The notes under the pieces are model-generated. The model searched no databases, was not told the DNA's origin, and saw nothing but the letters and a program-made list of their open reading frames with translations. Position numbers and translations under genes: made by a program. A DNA stretch of 64,000 bases from Microcoleus sp. (lineage in GTDB: Bacteria; Cyanobacteriota; Cyanobacteriia; Cyanobacteriales; Microcoleaceae). This document shows, in pieces, positions 39,998 to 50,046 of the stretch. Location: NCBI GenBank assembly GCA_042408215.1, contig JAYFMW010000013.1, forward strand, positions 1 through 64,000, written 5' to 3'. The number at the start of each line of letters is the position of its first letter. Position 1 is the stretch's first letter.

Positions 39998-41389
39998 GTG
40001 ATACTAATGAAAACGACATACCAGTACCAATTCAATCCCAACACTAACCAAAAGCAAACCCTAAACCAATGGCTCAGAATTTGTCGTTATTGGTATAATC
40101 GTCAATTGGGCGATCGCTTTGATTGGTGGGAAATGAATCGTACTGCGCTCAATGCGTGTCCATTAATAACCAGTATTTCTGCTCCCAGAGAAAAGCCTAA
40201 CTACTACTCACAAAAACAACAGTTACCAATTCTCAAACAAGATTTGGTAAAGATTTTTTATAGTGGCGAGTTGTTAGACTTTAAGCAGGTAGATTCAACC
40301 CTACTTCAAGATGTTTGTAAGCGTGTAGATAAAGCTTTTGAACGATTTATCGTAGGTGATAGTCAGGGTAAAAAATCGGGCAGGCCCAGATTTAAAACAG
40401 AGGCAGACTACCGAACGATGACTTTTGCTACTGCGAGTAATAATTGGATTAAACTGATTCGCCAGAATTGGATGTATATTCGATTACCGAAACTGGGAGT
40501 TGTGAAAGTTCGGATGCACCGTCCCATCCCAAATGGATTTACCATCAAACAAGCTAGTGTTACGAAAAAAGCTGATGGTTGGTTTATTCAATTAATCCTT
40601 GAAGACATCTCTGTACCTCAATTCACACCTGATAAAGTTATTCCCACTTGGGATAACTCAATGGGTTTGGATGCGGTGTTACATGAAGATGTGTATCTGG
40701 CTACTTCCGAAGGCGAGAAATTACCTTCTTTGAAGCCACTTCGCAAGAATCAAGCGAAACTAGACCGTATTTCTCAGAAACGAAATCAGCGGAAACGAGG
40801 TTCTAAATCAAGACGTAAATTGGCAAAAAAAGAAGCAAAGCAACATCAAAAGATTGCTCGGTCTCGTAAAGACTTCCATTATAAAACTGCTCATAAGTTA
40901 ATAAGAACGGGAGCCAGGTTTTTCTTTTGTGAAGAACTCAATCTTAAAGGCTTAACCAAGAGAAATAAAGTTAAGCAAGATGATAATGGGAATTATCTTC
41001 CCAATGGTCAATCAGCCAAATCAGGGTTGAATAAATCTTGGTTGGATGCTGCGTTTGGTCAATTTTTCAAGACACTGGAATACATAGCCGCAAAAGCTGG
41101 ATCAGTCGTCGTTTCACAAAAACCTGCTTATACCTCAATGGTTCTCTGTTATCGGAATGAAATTATTTTCACTGATTGTAATATTCGAGATTATTGGGAT
41201 GAGCAAATTTCTTTGATGGTAGATCGTGATCTTAATGCTGCGATCAACCTAAAAAGACTGGGGTTGGACATTTTCCCCAGTATAAAACGCCGTAGTGGGA
41301 ATCTTTCTCTAGTAGGAACTATGGATAAAAGTACCACAAAGGAAATTTTGTATACCCTTAATCGGGCTACAAAGAAGCCCACATCATAG
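39998..41389 (+). CDS. tnpB: RNA-guided endonuclease TnpB
   Basis: RuvC D (MGLDA), E (FCEEL), D (DRDLNAAIN). Confidence 0.92.
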   Translation: MILMKTTYQYQFNPNTNQKQTLNQWLRICRYWYNRQLGDRFDWWEMNRTALNACPLITSISAPREKPNYYSQKQQLPILKQDLVKIFYSGELLDFKQVDSTLLQDVCKRVDKAFERFIVGDSQGKKSGRPRFKTEADYRTMTFATASNNWIKLIRQNWMYIRLPKLGVVKVRMHRPIPNGFTIKQASVTKKADGWFIQLILEDISVPQFTPDKVIPTWDNSMGLDAVLHEDVYLATSEGEKLPSLKPLRKNQAKLDRISQKRNQRKRGSKSRRKLAKKEAKQHQKIARSRKDFHYKTAHKLIRTGARFFFCEELNLKGLTKRNKVKQDDNGNYLPNGQSAKSGLNKSWLDAAFGQFFKTLEYIAAKAGSVVVSQKPAYTSMVLCYRNEIIFTDCNIRDYWDEQISLMVDRDLNAAINLKRLGLDIFPSIKRRSGNLSLVGTMDKSTTKEILYTLNRATKKPTS

Positions 41390-41421
41390 CACCACGAGGC
41401 TTGATGTGGGAGTATGTCACA

Positions 41422-42744
41422 TTACAGTCCACTTGCTTTTTGATACAGCCGGGCCATATACCTGCTAGTTGCCCCCATTGACAGTCCTATAATTAGCGAC
41501 TGTGCAAGCACAAAGATCATATAATTAGTGGCATCATCATCACCTATCTCAATCAAAGGCATTCTCATCCCCAAGAAGACGATGCTTGTCGAGGTATAGA
41601 GTACGATACTAATTGCAGTTAAAACCTGTCGATGAAGCTTGGGATTAGTTAGGGGAAAAAACCACAAGCGGGTCACAATTCCTACGATTATTCCGTTCCC
41701 CAACCCCAGCATCAAGCCGAGTGACCAGCCCACGTATCCCCCGACAATTGTCCCCAGACCTGGCTCAATAAAGGTGCCGTAAATTGCTGCACAAGCTCCT
41801 AAAGCTAGACCTCCTCTCAAACTGCTGTTGCGGCTCGCACTCCAGAACAAGCTCAAGGTACTCACGGTTTTTCCCTGTCTCAATGTCTGGGAATATTTAT
41901 TGATTTCCTGCGGTTTTTCTAGAACTTCTTTTGCTATTTGGGCTGAGGCGGGACGGCTTTCTAAACTCGGATGCGTCATCCACTTCAGCCAATTAGTAAA
42001 ACCGGGGCTTAGTTGGGTGAATTGCTCGAATTCGATCTGCAAATCTTTCTGTGGTAAATCGGCAGGATGCTGCTTGGTAATTAAGCCTATTAATGTTGCT
42101 CCCAAGCTGTATAAATCGGAAGCGGGAACTGCTCTCCCGCCAAATTGTTCTGGCGGCATATAGCCGTAGGTTCCGACAACTGTAACTGTTTTTCCCTGTT
42201 GGGTTGCTAGGGTTTGAACTGCACCGAAATCGACTAGGTAGACTTCGCCGACGCTGTTACCCGATCGATTTTTGAGTAAAATATTGCTGGGTTTAATGTC
42301 GCGGTGAATCACCGGGGGCTGTCGCTGGTGTAGATAGGCGAGGATGTCTAATAATGCTGTGGCTAATTGTTTGACTTCGCTTTCGCTGAATGTGCGGCCG
42401 TCTGAGAGATATTCTTGTAGGGATTTGGCTTCGATGTAAGTCTGAACTAGGGCGAATCCTTTGCGGCTGGGAGTGTCGATTTCAAAGGAGTCTAGATATT
42501 GGGGAATTGCGGGATGAGATAGGGATTTTAAGGTTTCGACTTCTCGCTGGAAGAGTTTTAAGTCTTCCCAGTTGAAGTCGCTGCTAAATGAGAGCAGTTT
42601 GACGACTACTTGCTGTTGGGTTTTTAAGTCGCGGGCGAGTAAGGTTTGCCGTCCTGCTTGCTTGCCGAGTCGCCGATCGCACTGATAGCGATCGGCTAAT
42701 ATTTCTTGTGACAAATCACCGATGTTTTGTCCGCTCATGTTCAC
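41422..42744 (-). CDS. Ser/Thr protein kinase with C-terminal membrane domain (paralog of 37730..39184)
   Basis: HRDIKPSN, DFG, GTYGYMPPE. Confidence 0.93.
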   Translation of the reverse strand: MNMSGQNIGDLSQEILADRYQCDRRLGKQAGRQTLLARDLKTQQQVVVKLLSFSSDFNWEDLKLFQREVETLKSLSHPAIPQYLDSFEIDTPSRKGFALVQTYIEAKSLQEYLSDGRTFSESEVKQLATALLDILAYLHQRQPPVIHRDIKPSNILLKNRSGNSVGEVYLVDFGAVQTLATQQGKTVTVVGTYGYMPPEQFGGRAVPASDLYSLGATLIGLITKQHPADLPQKDLQIEFEQFTQLSPGFTNWLKWMTHPSLESRPASAQIAKEVLEKPQEINKYSQTLRQGKTVSTLSLFWSASRNSSLRGGLALGACAAIYGTFIEPGLGTIVGGYVGWSLGLMLGLGNGIIVGIVTRLWFFPLTNPKLHRQVLTAISIVLYTSTSIVFLGMRMPLIEIGDDDATNYMIFVLAQSLIIGLSMGATSRYMARLYQKASGL

Positions 42745-42885
42745 CTACCCTAGAAGCGATTAAACCTAGTGTAGTTGACAAAAATGCAATTCTCTGTGCT
42801 GGTTTAATCGATTTACCGCCCAAGTGGGGGCGGGTTTGCGAGACGATTGGTTCAGCGGCCGAGATTTTTGGTAAAACCCGCCCTT

Positions 42886-43276
42886 GTAGGGTGCGTCGCA
42901 GCCAGAAAAGCGATTTTAGTTGCAGATTGTCGATGGCGACGCACCCTACGGTATCGGGTATGGTGCGTCGCAGCCAGAAAAGCGATTTTAGTTGCAGATT
43001 GTCGATACGGTATCGGGTATGGTGCGTCGCTGTCAGAAAAGCGATTTTAGTTGCAGATTGTCGATACGGTATCGGGTATGGTGCGTCGCTGTTAGAAAAG
43101 CGATTTTAGTTGCAGATTGTCGATGGCGACGCACCCTACGGTATCGGGTATGGTGCGTCGCAGCCAGAAAAGCGATTTTAGTTGCAGATTGTCGATACGG
43201 TATCGGGTATGGTGCGTCGCAGCCAGAAAAGCGATTTTAGTTGCAGATTGTCGATGGCGACGCACCCTACGGTATC
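42886..43276. repeat. BIME-like tandem array of a GTAGGGTGCGTCGC...GCGACGCACCCTAC REP (six units of 72 or 59 bp)
   Basis: Unit starts 42891, 42963, 43022, 43081, 43153, 43212. Confidence 0.92.
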
Positions 43277-43364
43277 TACAATTCCCGATCGGATATTATT
43301 GTTTTTTGGCCCTTACCTACTTAGTGCGATCGCGCACCAGAATGCCTCTGATTGAAGCTTAAAT

Positions 43365-43913
43365 TTAACGTTGGATTTGCTTGTAAATAGACTGCACTAC
43401 GTCGATCAAGCTCAAGACTTGCAGCCATTCGGGAGCATCGGGGCTGTAGCTTTTGGCACGCTCTGTTTTTAAACTGTGGTGCAAGAGGGAAAGCAGCGCT
43501 TCTGGAGACTGTAAGGGGTTGTCATCTTCATCTGCTGGGCTTTGGGCTGCATTTTCTTCGATTTCTTCTTTAATTTTTTGGGCGCGATCGGCGAGGGCTA
43601 AAGCTCGGCCTGCAAGGTTTTCCGGCATTTTGGGCTGTTCGGACAAATACGCGCCGGTCAGTTCTACCAATAGTTGGCAAACTCGATCGACCCATTGGCG
43701 ATCGTTTACTGAAAAGGAACCGGATTTGAACAGGAGTCCGTCAGGTTTTTGTTGAATGCTTTGTATCTTCTGGATCAGAGGGATAGCCTTGACAGTGATG
43801 TTTTCCGGGATTCTGGGGATATCTGACAGGGAGCTACGAGCAATCTCCAGCAATAGTTGGTAAACCTGATCTACCCACTCAATATCTCCCAATTCCGAAT
43901 TCCAATTATTCAT
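43365..43913 (-). CDS. Hypothetical protein with an internal two-fold repeat
   Basis: EWVDQVYQLLLE...IPENI / QWVDRVCQLLVE...MPENL; likely ATG at 43913. Confidence 0.7.
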   Translation of the reverse strand: MNNWNSELGDIEWVDQVYQLLLEIARSSLSDIPRIPENITVKAIPLIQKIQSIQQKPDGLLFKSGSFSVNDRQWVDRVCQLLVELTGAYLSEQPKMPENLAGRALALADRAQKIKEEIEENAAQSPADEDDNPLQSPEALLSLLHHSLKTERAKSYSPDAPEWLQVLSLIDVVQSIYKQIQR

Positions 43914-43998
43914 AACTGACGGTAGTAGTTTTCTATATCTAAGACTGGAACATTGACTATCTGCGAAGGAAGCTCTTTTGAGGAAGCTCCTAACGCTA

Positions 43999-44105
43999 TT
44001 AACACTTACGCGGGCGGGTTCAGACACCCGTTTTTTGAGCGGATGTTTCTTCGCCTTTCTCCAAGATTTTTCTCAGAAACCGGGTAACGCAGCCGTAAGT
44101 CCTAA
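43999..44105. mobile_element. Degenerate MITE (ACTTACG...CGTAAGT ends)
   Basis: Short TIRs and internal ACCCG...AGAAACCGGGT palindrome. Confidence 0.5.
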
Positions 44106-44363
44106 CTATTTTTAAGCGCAACAAAATAGTAGAAGTGCTAAGTTTGTTGCGGTAGGTAGGGCGAACGAAACAGGTAGGGTGAAACGCAGGCGTCTCACCA
44201 GGGAGTTCAAATCCGGTTATCTAACAATCATACCTGTTGGAGCTTATTTACAATTGCCTCGATCGGATCTTCAGGTTAATTGCGATCGAGGGAGACTCAG
44301 CTCCTTCGGGCGATCGCCATTAACCGTTCCCCCGCGTCTAGGATCGCTTGCCACAGGCGGTTG

Positions 44364-47300
44364 CTATTTTTCGGTCAGGTTCCACACACCATCCCAGTTG
44401 AGTACGTCTGAAAACTGATGCTGAAATAACATACAGCGATCGACGTGCAATTTAGCAGCCTTGTTTTTGGGATCTATTTGCAAAACGGCCTTAAATTCGC
44501 GTTCAGCATCTGTAAAAGCTTGCTTGGCTTTGGGTTCTAAGGCTTTCTTAACTTCGCTCAGCAGCTTTTTGACCTGATCGAGTCCCAGATTTTCAAATTC
44601 ATCATCTAACATTTCTACAACTTCCTCCGAGGCCCGACTTTTAATTTTTGCCTGCAATAGCTGCCTGATCTCTGAGGCTTTCAGCCTCTTGATTTTGGGA
44701 TTTGAGGAGGAGTTGATGTCTGCTTCCAAGAGCTTCTTGACTTCGCCCTCTTGCAAGTCCTGAATGTCGGCTGCTGATAACTTTCTGACCTTAGATTTTA
44801 GCAAGAGTTTGGCTTCATCCTCGGAGAGGTTTTTGATGCCTTCAAGTTTCAGCAGTTTGATTTCTGGCTGCAACAGCACTATGAGTTTGTCTGCTTCGGA
44901 CAGGTTTTTCGGATCGTACTCGGACAGTTGTTTCAGTTGATGTAACAGCTTTTTGAGCTGATATTCCAACTGTTGCTCGACAGTGTAGGAAAGTTTTTTC
45001 AGCTCTGCCTCCGGCATCTGCTTGACCTTGGTTAATAATTCTATCATCTCTGCTTCTGAAAGTCTTTGGGTCACTGGTGTCTTGTAATGTTCGCGCCCCT
45101 GGCTGTAATTTTCGATAATCTGTTGCTGTTTTGGGGTTAGGGGCTTGCCAATTGACGAAAAACCTTCCCGGATGCCGACGAGTTCGTAAACGATGACGGG
45201 TTCGCTTTTGCCTTTGACAGTAATGAAGTCGAGTTCCCGCACGTAGAGTCGATCTTTGTATTCTCTGTATGTGTTGTCGCTGATGATTAAGTCAGTGCCG
45301 TACTGCTTGCTGGCGCTTTCTAAGCGAGAGGCGAGATTTACCCCATCTCCGATCGAAGTCAGTTCCATCCGTTTGCTCGAGCCAATATTGCCACTGACAA
45401 CTTCGTCGGAATGGACGCCCATCCCAATGCCGATCGGCAATTCGCCATTAGCAATGCGATCGTCATTGAATTCTGCCAGTTTTTCCCGCATTTCCACTGC
45501 GGTTTGCATCGCGCACCAGCCATGATCTTCTAGGGGGGCTGGAGAGCCAAAAACTGCCATCAGAGCATCGCCGATGTATTTATCGAGTGTACCGCCGTAC
45601 TTGAATACGACATCTACCATCACTTCAAAGTATTGGTTGAGCATGACCACCACTTCTTCGGCTTGCAATTTTTCCGTAAGTGTGGTATAGCTGCGAATAT
45701 CGGAGAACAGCACCGAAACGTTTTTGCGCTTACCTCCCAATCCTGTATCCCCTGAAGCCAACAACGCTTCGGCTACTTCTGGGGTCATGTAGCGGTACAT
45801 CAAGTTTTTGACTTGCTTGGCGCTGCTGATATCTTCCATGACGACTAATGCGCCGTTGACCTTACTAGGGTCAGTAGCATCGGTCATTGAGTTGATCGAG
45901 AGATTAATACTCTGCGCTTCTCCTTCTAAGGCGATCAATACTTGGTCGGGGTAATATTGCTGGCGGTCTTGCTCGGATTCGGGAGACAAAGCAAGATCGA
46001 ACCATTTGGCAAAATCGCCTTTTTCTAACTTAATTAACTCCCGCAAAGATTGACCTTCGGCTAATTCGGCATCGCTGACACCCAGTAATTGCTTAGCACT
46101 AGGATTGGTCGCTACTATATTCCCTTTTTTATCGGTAGAGATCACGCCATTAGTTAGCGCGTGCAGCATATCTTTTTGTCTTTGTTCTTGCTGCTTGACT
46201 TCGGCAAATAGTTTAGCGTTTTGCAGGGCGACTCCTGCTTGGATATTAAACGCCTGCATAAATTCCATATCGCTGCGATTGAAACTCGCTTTCCACTGTT
46301 CGGGGGACTCTGGCCAGTGTTCTGGGTTGTAGGGGGGGAATTCTCCCTGTCTTTTTTTATTGATTAATTGAGTAACTCCAATCAATTTGTGGTCTGCATT
46401 AAACACTGGCATACAGAGCATACTGCAAGTACGGTAGCCACTTTTTTTGTCGGTTTCTTTGGAAGTTGCGGCGCGGGGGTCGTGGTACAGGTCAAAGGGA
46501 ATCAGCAGTGGTTCGCCGGATTGGGCAACAATACCTGCAAAACCCGCTGTTCTGGGTATGCGAATTTCTTGAAGTTGACCTGCGATCGGGATTTTTGTCC
46601 AGAGTTGATTTCGATCTTCATCGATCAGCCACAAGGTGCTGCGATCGGCATTCATCAGTTCTTGAGCCTGAGCCATCACCCGCTTGAGGGTATCTTCTAA
46701 GTCTAGACTGCTCTGAGAAAGAGCGTTGACGGCGTTCATCAGGGCTGTCGCAGCCCGCTGTCTTTGAGTTGCTGCGTAGAAAGATTTGGAAGACTCTAGA
46801 ATTAGGCGAATCGACGGCGCGAATTCTGTAAAGATTTGTTCGTCTTCTCTAGTAAATCCTTCCTTGTCAATCTGTTCGTCTAAATGACCGTAATTTTGGT
46901 GATTCGGCTTGAGTTTATTAATGAGTTGAACGACTGCTACTAACTCTTGCGTGTCTTCGTTGATCAGGGGCATCGCCAGCATTGTATAGGTGCGATATCC
47001 TGTTCTTTCGTCAGTTTTTTTGGCGTTAGTCGAGCGGGGGTCGTTATAAAAATCATAAGGAATGTTAACGACTGTTCTGTTCGTGGCTACTTCTCCAGCA
47101 ATGCCGACATTGGCGGGAAATCTGAGTTCTAGGTTGTTGCCATTTTCGTCTTTAGCGACAATGGCCCAGAGTTCATTTTTTTCGTCGTCTAATAAAAATA
47201 TGGTGCTGCGATCGGCATTGAGCAATTCCCCGGTTTTGAGGGTGATCGACTGCAACATTTCGTTAAGAATGGCGTCAAACCCCTGGCTGTCTAGGAGGTT

Positions 47301-47537
47301 GTCGAGCATTCCCAAGGTTTGATTGACAACCCTCAGTTTGTTCTCTACGTCCTTAGCAACTCCTTTAAAACTATCCTTGTTTAGGGGTGCGAGGAAACTG
47401 GAGAAGTTTCCTTCGCTTTTGACAATTTGACTACTGCTAGAGGGATGGTGTTCGTGCTGTTGCTGACGATTTTGACCGACAACAGAGACATCTATCACGT
47501 TTTCCATAGCTGACAGATTGGAAGATGCAAAATTCAT
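44364..47537 (-). CDS. cyaB: GAF-GAF-PAS class III adenylate cyclase (CyaB type) with C-terminal insertion
   Basis: Two GAF domains (ADRST, QLINK); FSDIRSYT, DKYIGDA, GDGVNLASRLE; WDGVW terminus. Confidence 0.88.
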   Translation of the reverse strand: MNFASSNLSAMENVIDVSVVGQNRQQQHEHHPSSSSQIVKSEGNFSSFLAPLNKDSFKGVAKDVENKLRVVNQTLGMLDNLLDSQGFDAILNEMLQSITLKTGELLNADRSTIFLLDDEKNELWAIVAKDENGNNLELRFPANVGIAGEVATNRTVVNIPYDFYNDPRSTNAKKTDERTGYRTYTMLAMPLINEDTQELVAVVQLINKLKPNHQNYGHLDEQIDKEGFTREDEQIFTEFAPSIRLILESSKSFYAATQRQRAATALMNAVNALSQSSLDLEDTLKRVMAQAQELMNADRSTLWLIDEDRNQLWTKIPIAGQLQEIRIPRTAGFAGIVAQSGEPLLIPFDLYHDPRAATSKETDKKSGYRTCSMLCMPVFNADHKLIGVTQLINKKRQGEFPPYNPEHWPESPEQWKASFNRSDMEFMQAFNIQAGVALQNAKLFAEVKQQEQRQKDMLHALTNGVISTDKKGNIVATNPSAKQLLGVSDAELAEGQSLRELIKLEKGDFAKWFDLALSPESEQDRQQYYPDQVLIALEGEAQSINLSINSMTDATDPSKVNGALVVMEDISSAKQVKNLMYRYMTPEVAEALLASGDTGLGGKRKNVSVLFSDIRSYTTLTEKLQAEEVVVMLNQYFEVMVDVVFKYGGTLDKYIGDALMAVFGSPAPLEDHGWCAMQTAVEMREKLAEFNDDRIANGELPIGIGMGVHSDEVVSGNIGSSKRMELTSIGDGVNLASRLESASKQYGTDLIISDNTYREYKDRLYVRELDFITVKGKSEPVIVYELVGIREGFSSIGKPLTPKQQQIIENYSQGREHYKTPVTQRLSEAEMIELLTKVKQMPEAELKKLSYTVEQQLEYQLKKLLHQLKQLSEYDPKNLSEADKLIVLLQPEIKLLKLEGIKNLSEDEAKLLLKSKVRKLSAADIQDLQEGEVKKLLEADINSSSNPKIKRLKASEIRQLLQAKIKSRASEEVVEMLDDEFENLGLDQVKKLLSEVKKALEPKAKQAFTDAEREFKAVLQIDPKNKAAKLHVDRCMLFQHQFSDVLNWDGVWNLTEK

Positions 47538-48135
47538 AGACCTTTACAGAATCTTAAGCGTAAGGGGTTGTTTGGACTAGCTGAAATTGTGACATCGCCA
47601 CTTGCTAATTATGTGTGCTGCTTTCTACAATTGTGGTTTTTAAGTTGAATTTCTGTCAATTTGGCTGCTGTAACAGTAGTTGGGACGGCAAATTTGGGAT
47701 TCGATCGCAGGTGGCGATCGCGTTACACAGCTTAAAGTGGCAGAAAAGCGCTGTTTTTGCTTAAGTCATAGCAGCAATAAATTATTGAGTTGCGGCTTCG
47801 AGGCCGCTGACCTGAGAAGTAGTTTGTCAATTTCCTCAGTGATCTACAAGTATTTTTAGTAAAAATAGCGGTCGCTATTGTTAGTGTAACCTGGGACTAT
47901 CCAAAGTCCGCATCTCACCCCTCGATCGAGTTAATCGATTTGAGATTTGAGATTTGAGATTTGAGGAGTGACCCCCACAGCCCTTCGGAGTTCCCATTTG
48001 ACCGAAAGCATCCAGGGTACAAGCCCCCGGATTTATTCCTTCGCAGACTCAGGACGGGGTCGCTTTCTTCAATCAACCAATCCTCCCATCTTCCCATCTA
48101 AAATCTCAAAACTCAAATCGAAGCAACCCAATTGC

Positions 48136-49917
48136 TTAATTGTCAAGGACAGGCTCAGAGTTTGGGGTACGTCGAGCCGTTTGGCGCAGGGAGGCTGCTT
48201 GAACGAGCAGGGATTCAGCAAAGGCGATGGCTTCTGTTTCCGATCGACCGCTAGCAAGTTGGGCCAGTTCTTCGCGCCGCTCCAACTGGCTGTTGAGGGT
48301 AGCAACTCGCACGACTGTGCGTTCGGAAGGTTGGTTATGGGCTGCGTCTTCCTGTTGGCCGTCTCGTGCTTCGATGGTTTGTTTGTTGACGCGAAAGTGA
48401 CAGTCGGCCATTGCAGCAATTAAGGGTTGGTGGGTGACGCAGAGAACTTGGTGTTTGTCTGAGAGTTGGTAGAGTTTCCCCGCGATCGCACTGGCGACTT
48501 TCCCGGAGACTCCGGCATCGATTTCGTCGAAGATCAGGGTGGCGGCGCCGTCTATTTGAGAAAAACAGGCTTTGATAGCGAGCAGAAAGCGGGTCATTTC
48601 TCCCCCGGAGGCGATCGCACTCATCGGTTGCAGGGGTTCCCCCGGATTGGGACTGAAACAAAAGGCGATGTAGTCTGCACCTGTGGCTGTAGGGGTACTG
48701 GCTCTGATTTCGACTTGAAATTGCACTTTTTCCATCGCTAGGGGCTTGAGTTCTGCGACTAGGTGCGTTTCGAGGTTGAGAGCTGCTTCGCGCCGGAGGG
48801 TGCTGAGGTGGCTGCAAGCGTCTTTTAATTGCTCAATAGAGGCTTGATATGCGAGTTCTAAGGCTTCGATTGACTCCCCGCCTTCTAAAAGTTCGTTTAA
48901 TTCGTTTTGGATGCTTTGGTAGTAGGCTATCGACTCTTTTAGTGGCCCGTATTTGCGACAGATTTGTTTAAGTTCCCGAATTCGATCTTCTACTTCTTCG
49001 AGTCTTTGCGGATCTGCTTCTAATTGTTCGCCGTAGCTGCTAATTTGCCTGCTGGCTTCTGTGGCTTGAGCTAAGGCATCTGTTACCATTTCGAGGATTG
49101 GTTGCAACTGGACATCGTAGACTGCCAGATCATGTAAAATTACCTCGGCTTTGCTCAACAAGTCGGCGGCAGATGTGGTGTCGCCCTCGTTTTGATAAAG
49201 GGCTTGGAAAACTCGGTAACTCTGCTGCTGCAACTCGACGATGTGACTAAGCCTGATGGATTCTTGTTCTAGGTGTTCCAATTCGCCGGCGTCTGCGAGG
49301 TGGGCTTCGCCTAGTTCTCGGACTTGGTACTCTAATAAATCGAGTCTTTGGAGCCGCTGCTGTTCTGACTGACGCCTGCGGTTGAGGGCTGTTTTGGCAG
49401 AGCTGGCGACCAGCCATGCTGCGGTGACATTCGATCGCGCTGCGGTGATAGTTTTGCCGCCGTAGAGATCGAGCCATTCTCGCTGGAGGGTTTCTTGTCC
49501 GAGTTGGACGGTTTGGCCTTGGGCGGTAATTTCGACGAGTCGATCGCGCAGTTGCTCCATTAACGGCCGATTGACGAGAATTCCGTTCAAACGCGATCGA
49601 CTACGCAGAGTACCGCTAGATGCAGTAATTTCCCGGCTGCAAACTGCTAAATTTCCATCTATGGGTTCGATGTCTTGCCCGCTGAGCCAATCGGCGGCAG
49701 CTTTGTTCAATTCAAAGGTAGCTTCTAATATTGCCCGCGCTGCTCCTGTGCGAATCGATCGGCGATCGACCTTGCCGCCCAAGACTGCATCGATCGCATC
49801 TAGGATAATCGATTTACCAGCACCAGTTTCGCCTGTAAATACGTTCAAACTCGGTCCAAATTCTAGGTCAAGGCAGTCAATTAGGGCAAAGTTTTGAATT
49901 CTGAGGGATAGTAACAT
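48136..49917 (-). CDS. recN: DNA repair protein RecN
   Basis: TGETGAGKS, SGGE, FDEID, VTHQP. Confidence 0.96.
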   Translation of the reverse strand: MLLSLRIQNFALIDCLDLEFGPSLNVFTGETGAGKSIILDAIDAVLGGKVDRRSIRTGAARAILEATFELNKAAADWLSGQDIEPIDGNLAVCSREITASSGTLRSRSRLNGILVNRPLMEQLRDRLVEITAQGQTVQLGQETLQREWLDLYGGKTITAARSNVTAAWLVASSAKTALNRRRQSEQQRLQRLDLLEYQVRELGEAHLADAGELEHLEQESIRLSHIVELQQQSYRVFQALYQNEGDTTSAADLLSKAEVILHDLAVYDVQLQPILEMVTDALAQATEASRQISSYGEQLEADPQRLEEVEDRIRELKQICRKYGPLKESIAYYQSIQNELNELLEGGESIEALELAYQASIEQLKDACSHLSTLRREAALNLETHLVAELKPLAMEKVQFQVEIRASTPTATGADYIAFCFSPNPGEPLQPMSAIASGGEMTRFLLAIKACFSQIDGAATLIFDEIDAGVSGKVASAIAGKLYQLSDKHQVLCVTHQPLIAAMADCHFRVNKQTIEARDGQQEDAAHNQPSERTVVRVATLNSQLERREELAQLASGRSETEAIAFAESLLVQAASLRQTARRTPNSEPVLDN

Positions 49918-50046
49918 AAGAAACGGGGAATGGGGAATGGGGAATGGGGAATGGGGAATTCGCCCCTAGTAAAAACCAGGGAACAGTAAAAAAACCAGTG
50001 GATTTTGGGTTTTTAAACATAATTTTAAGACCATTTTTTACTTATT

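Larger units (their letters stand above)
39438..41420 (+). mobile_element. Complete IS605-group element (divergent tnpA/tnpB)
   Basis: TTAG left flank, AATC before the left hairpin CCCACACTA/TAGTGTGGG; GAAG before the right hairpin; TCAC terminus. Confidence 0.9.

Noticed and set aside
42886..43276. CRISPR array (59-72 bp period)
   Set aside because: No variable spacers; it is a tandem REP expansion
42708..43362. Several overlapping small ORFs
   Set aside because: Translations of the REP array in different frames
44150..44222. tRNA (GTTCAAATCC T-loop-like)
   Set aside because: Flanks GGGAG/CCGGT do not form a T-stem and no cloverleaf is evident
48015..48040. Another IS605-type end (AAGCCCCCGGATTTATTCC)
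   Set aside because: Too short and no partner end found
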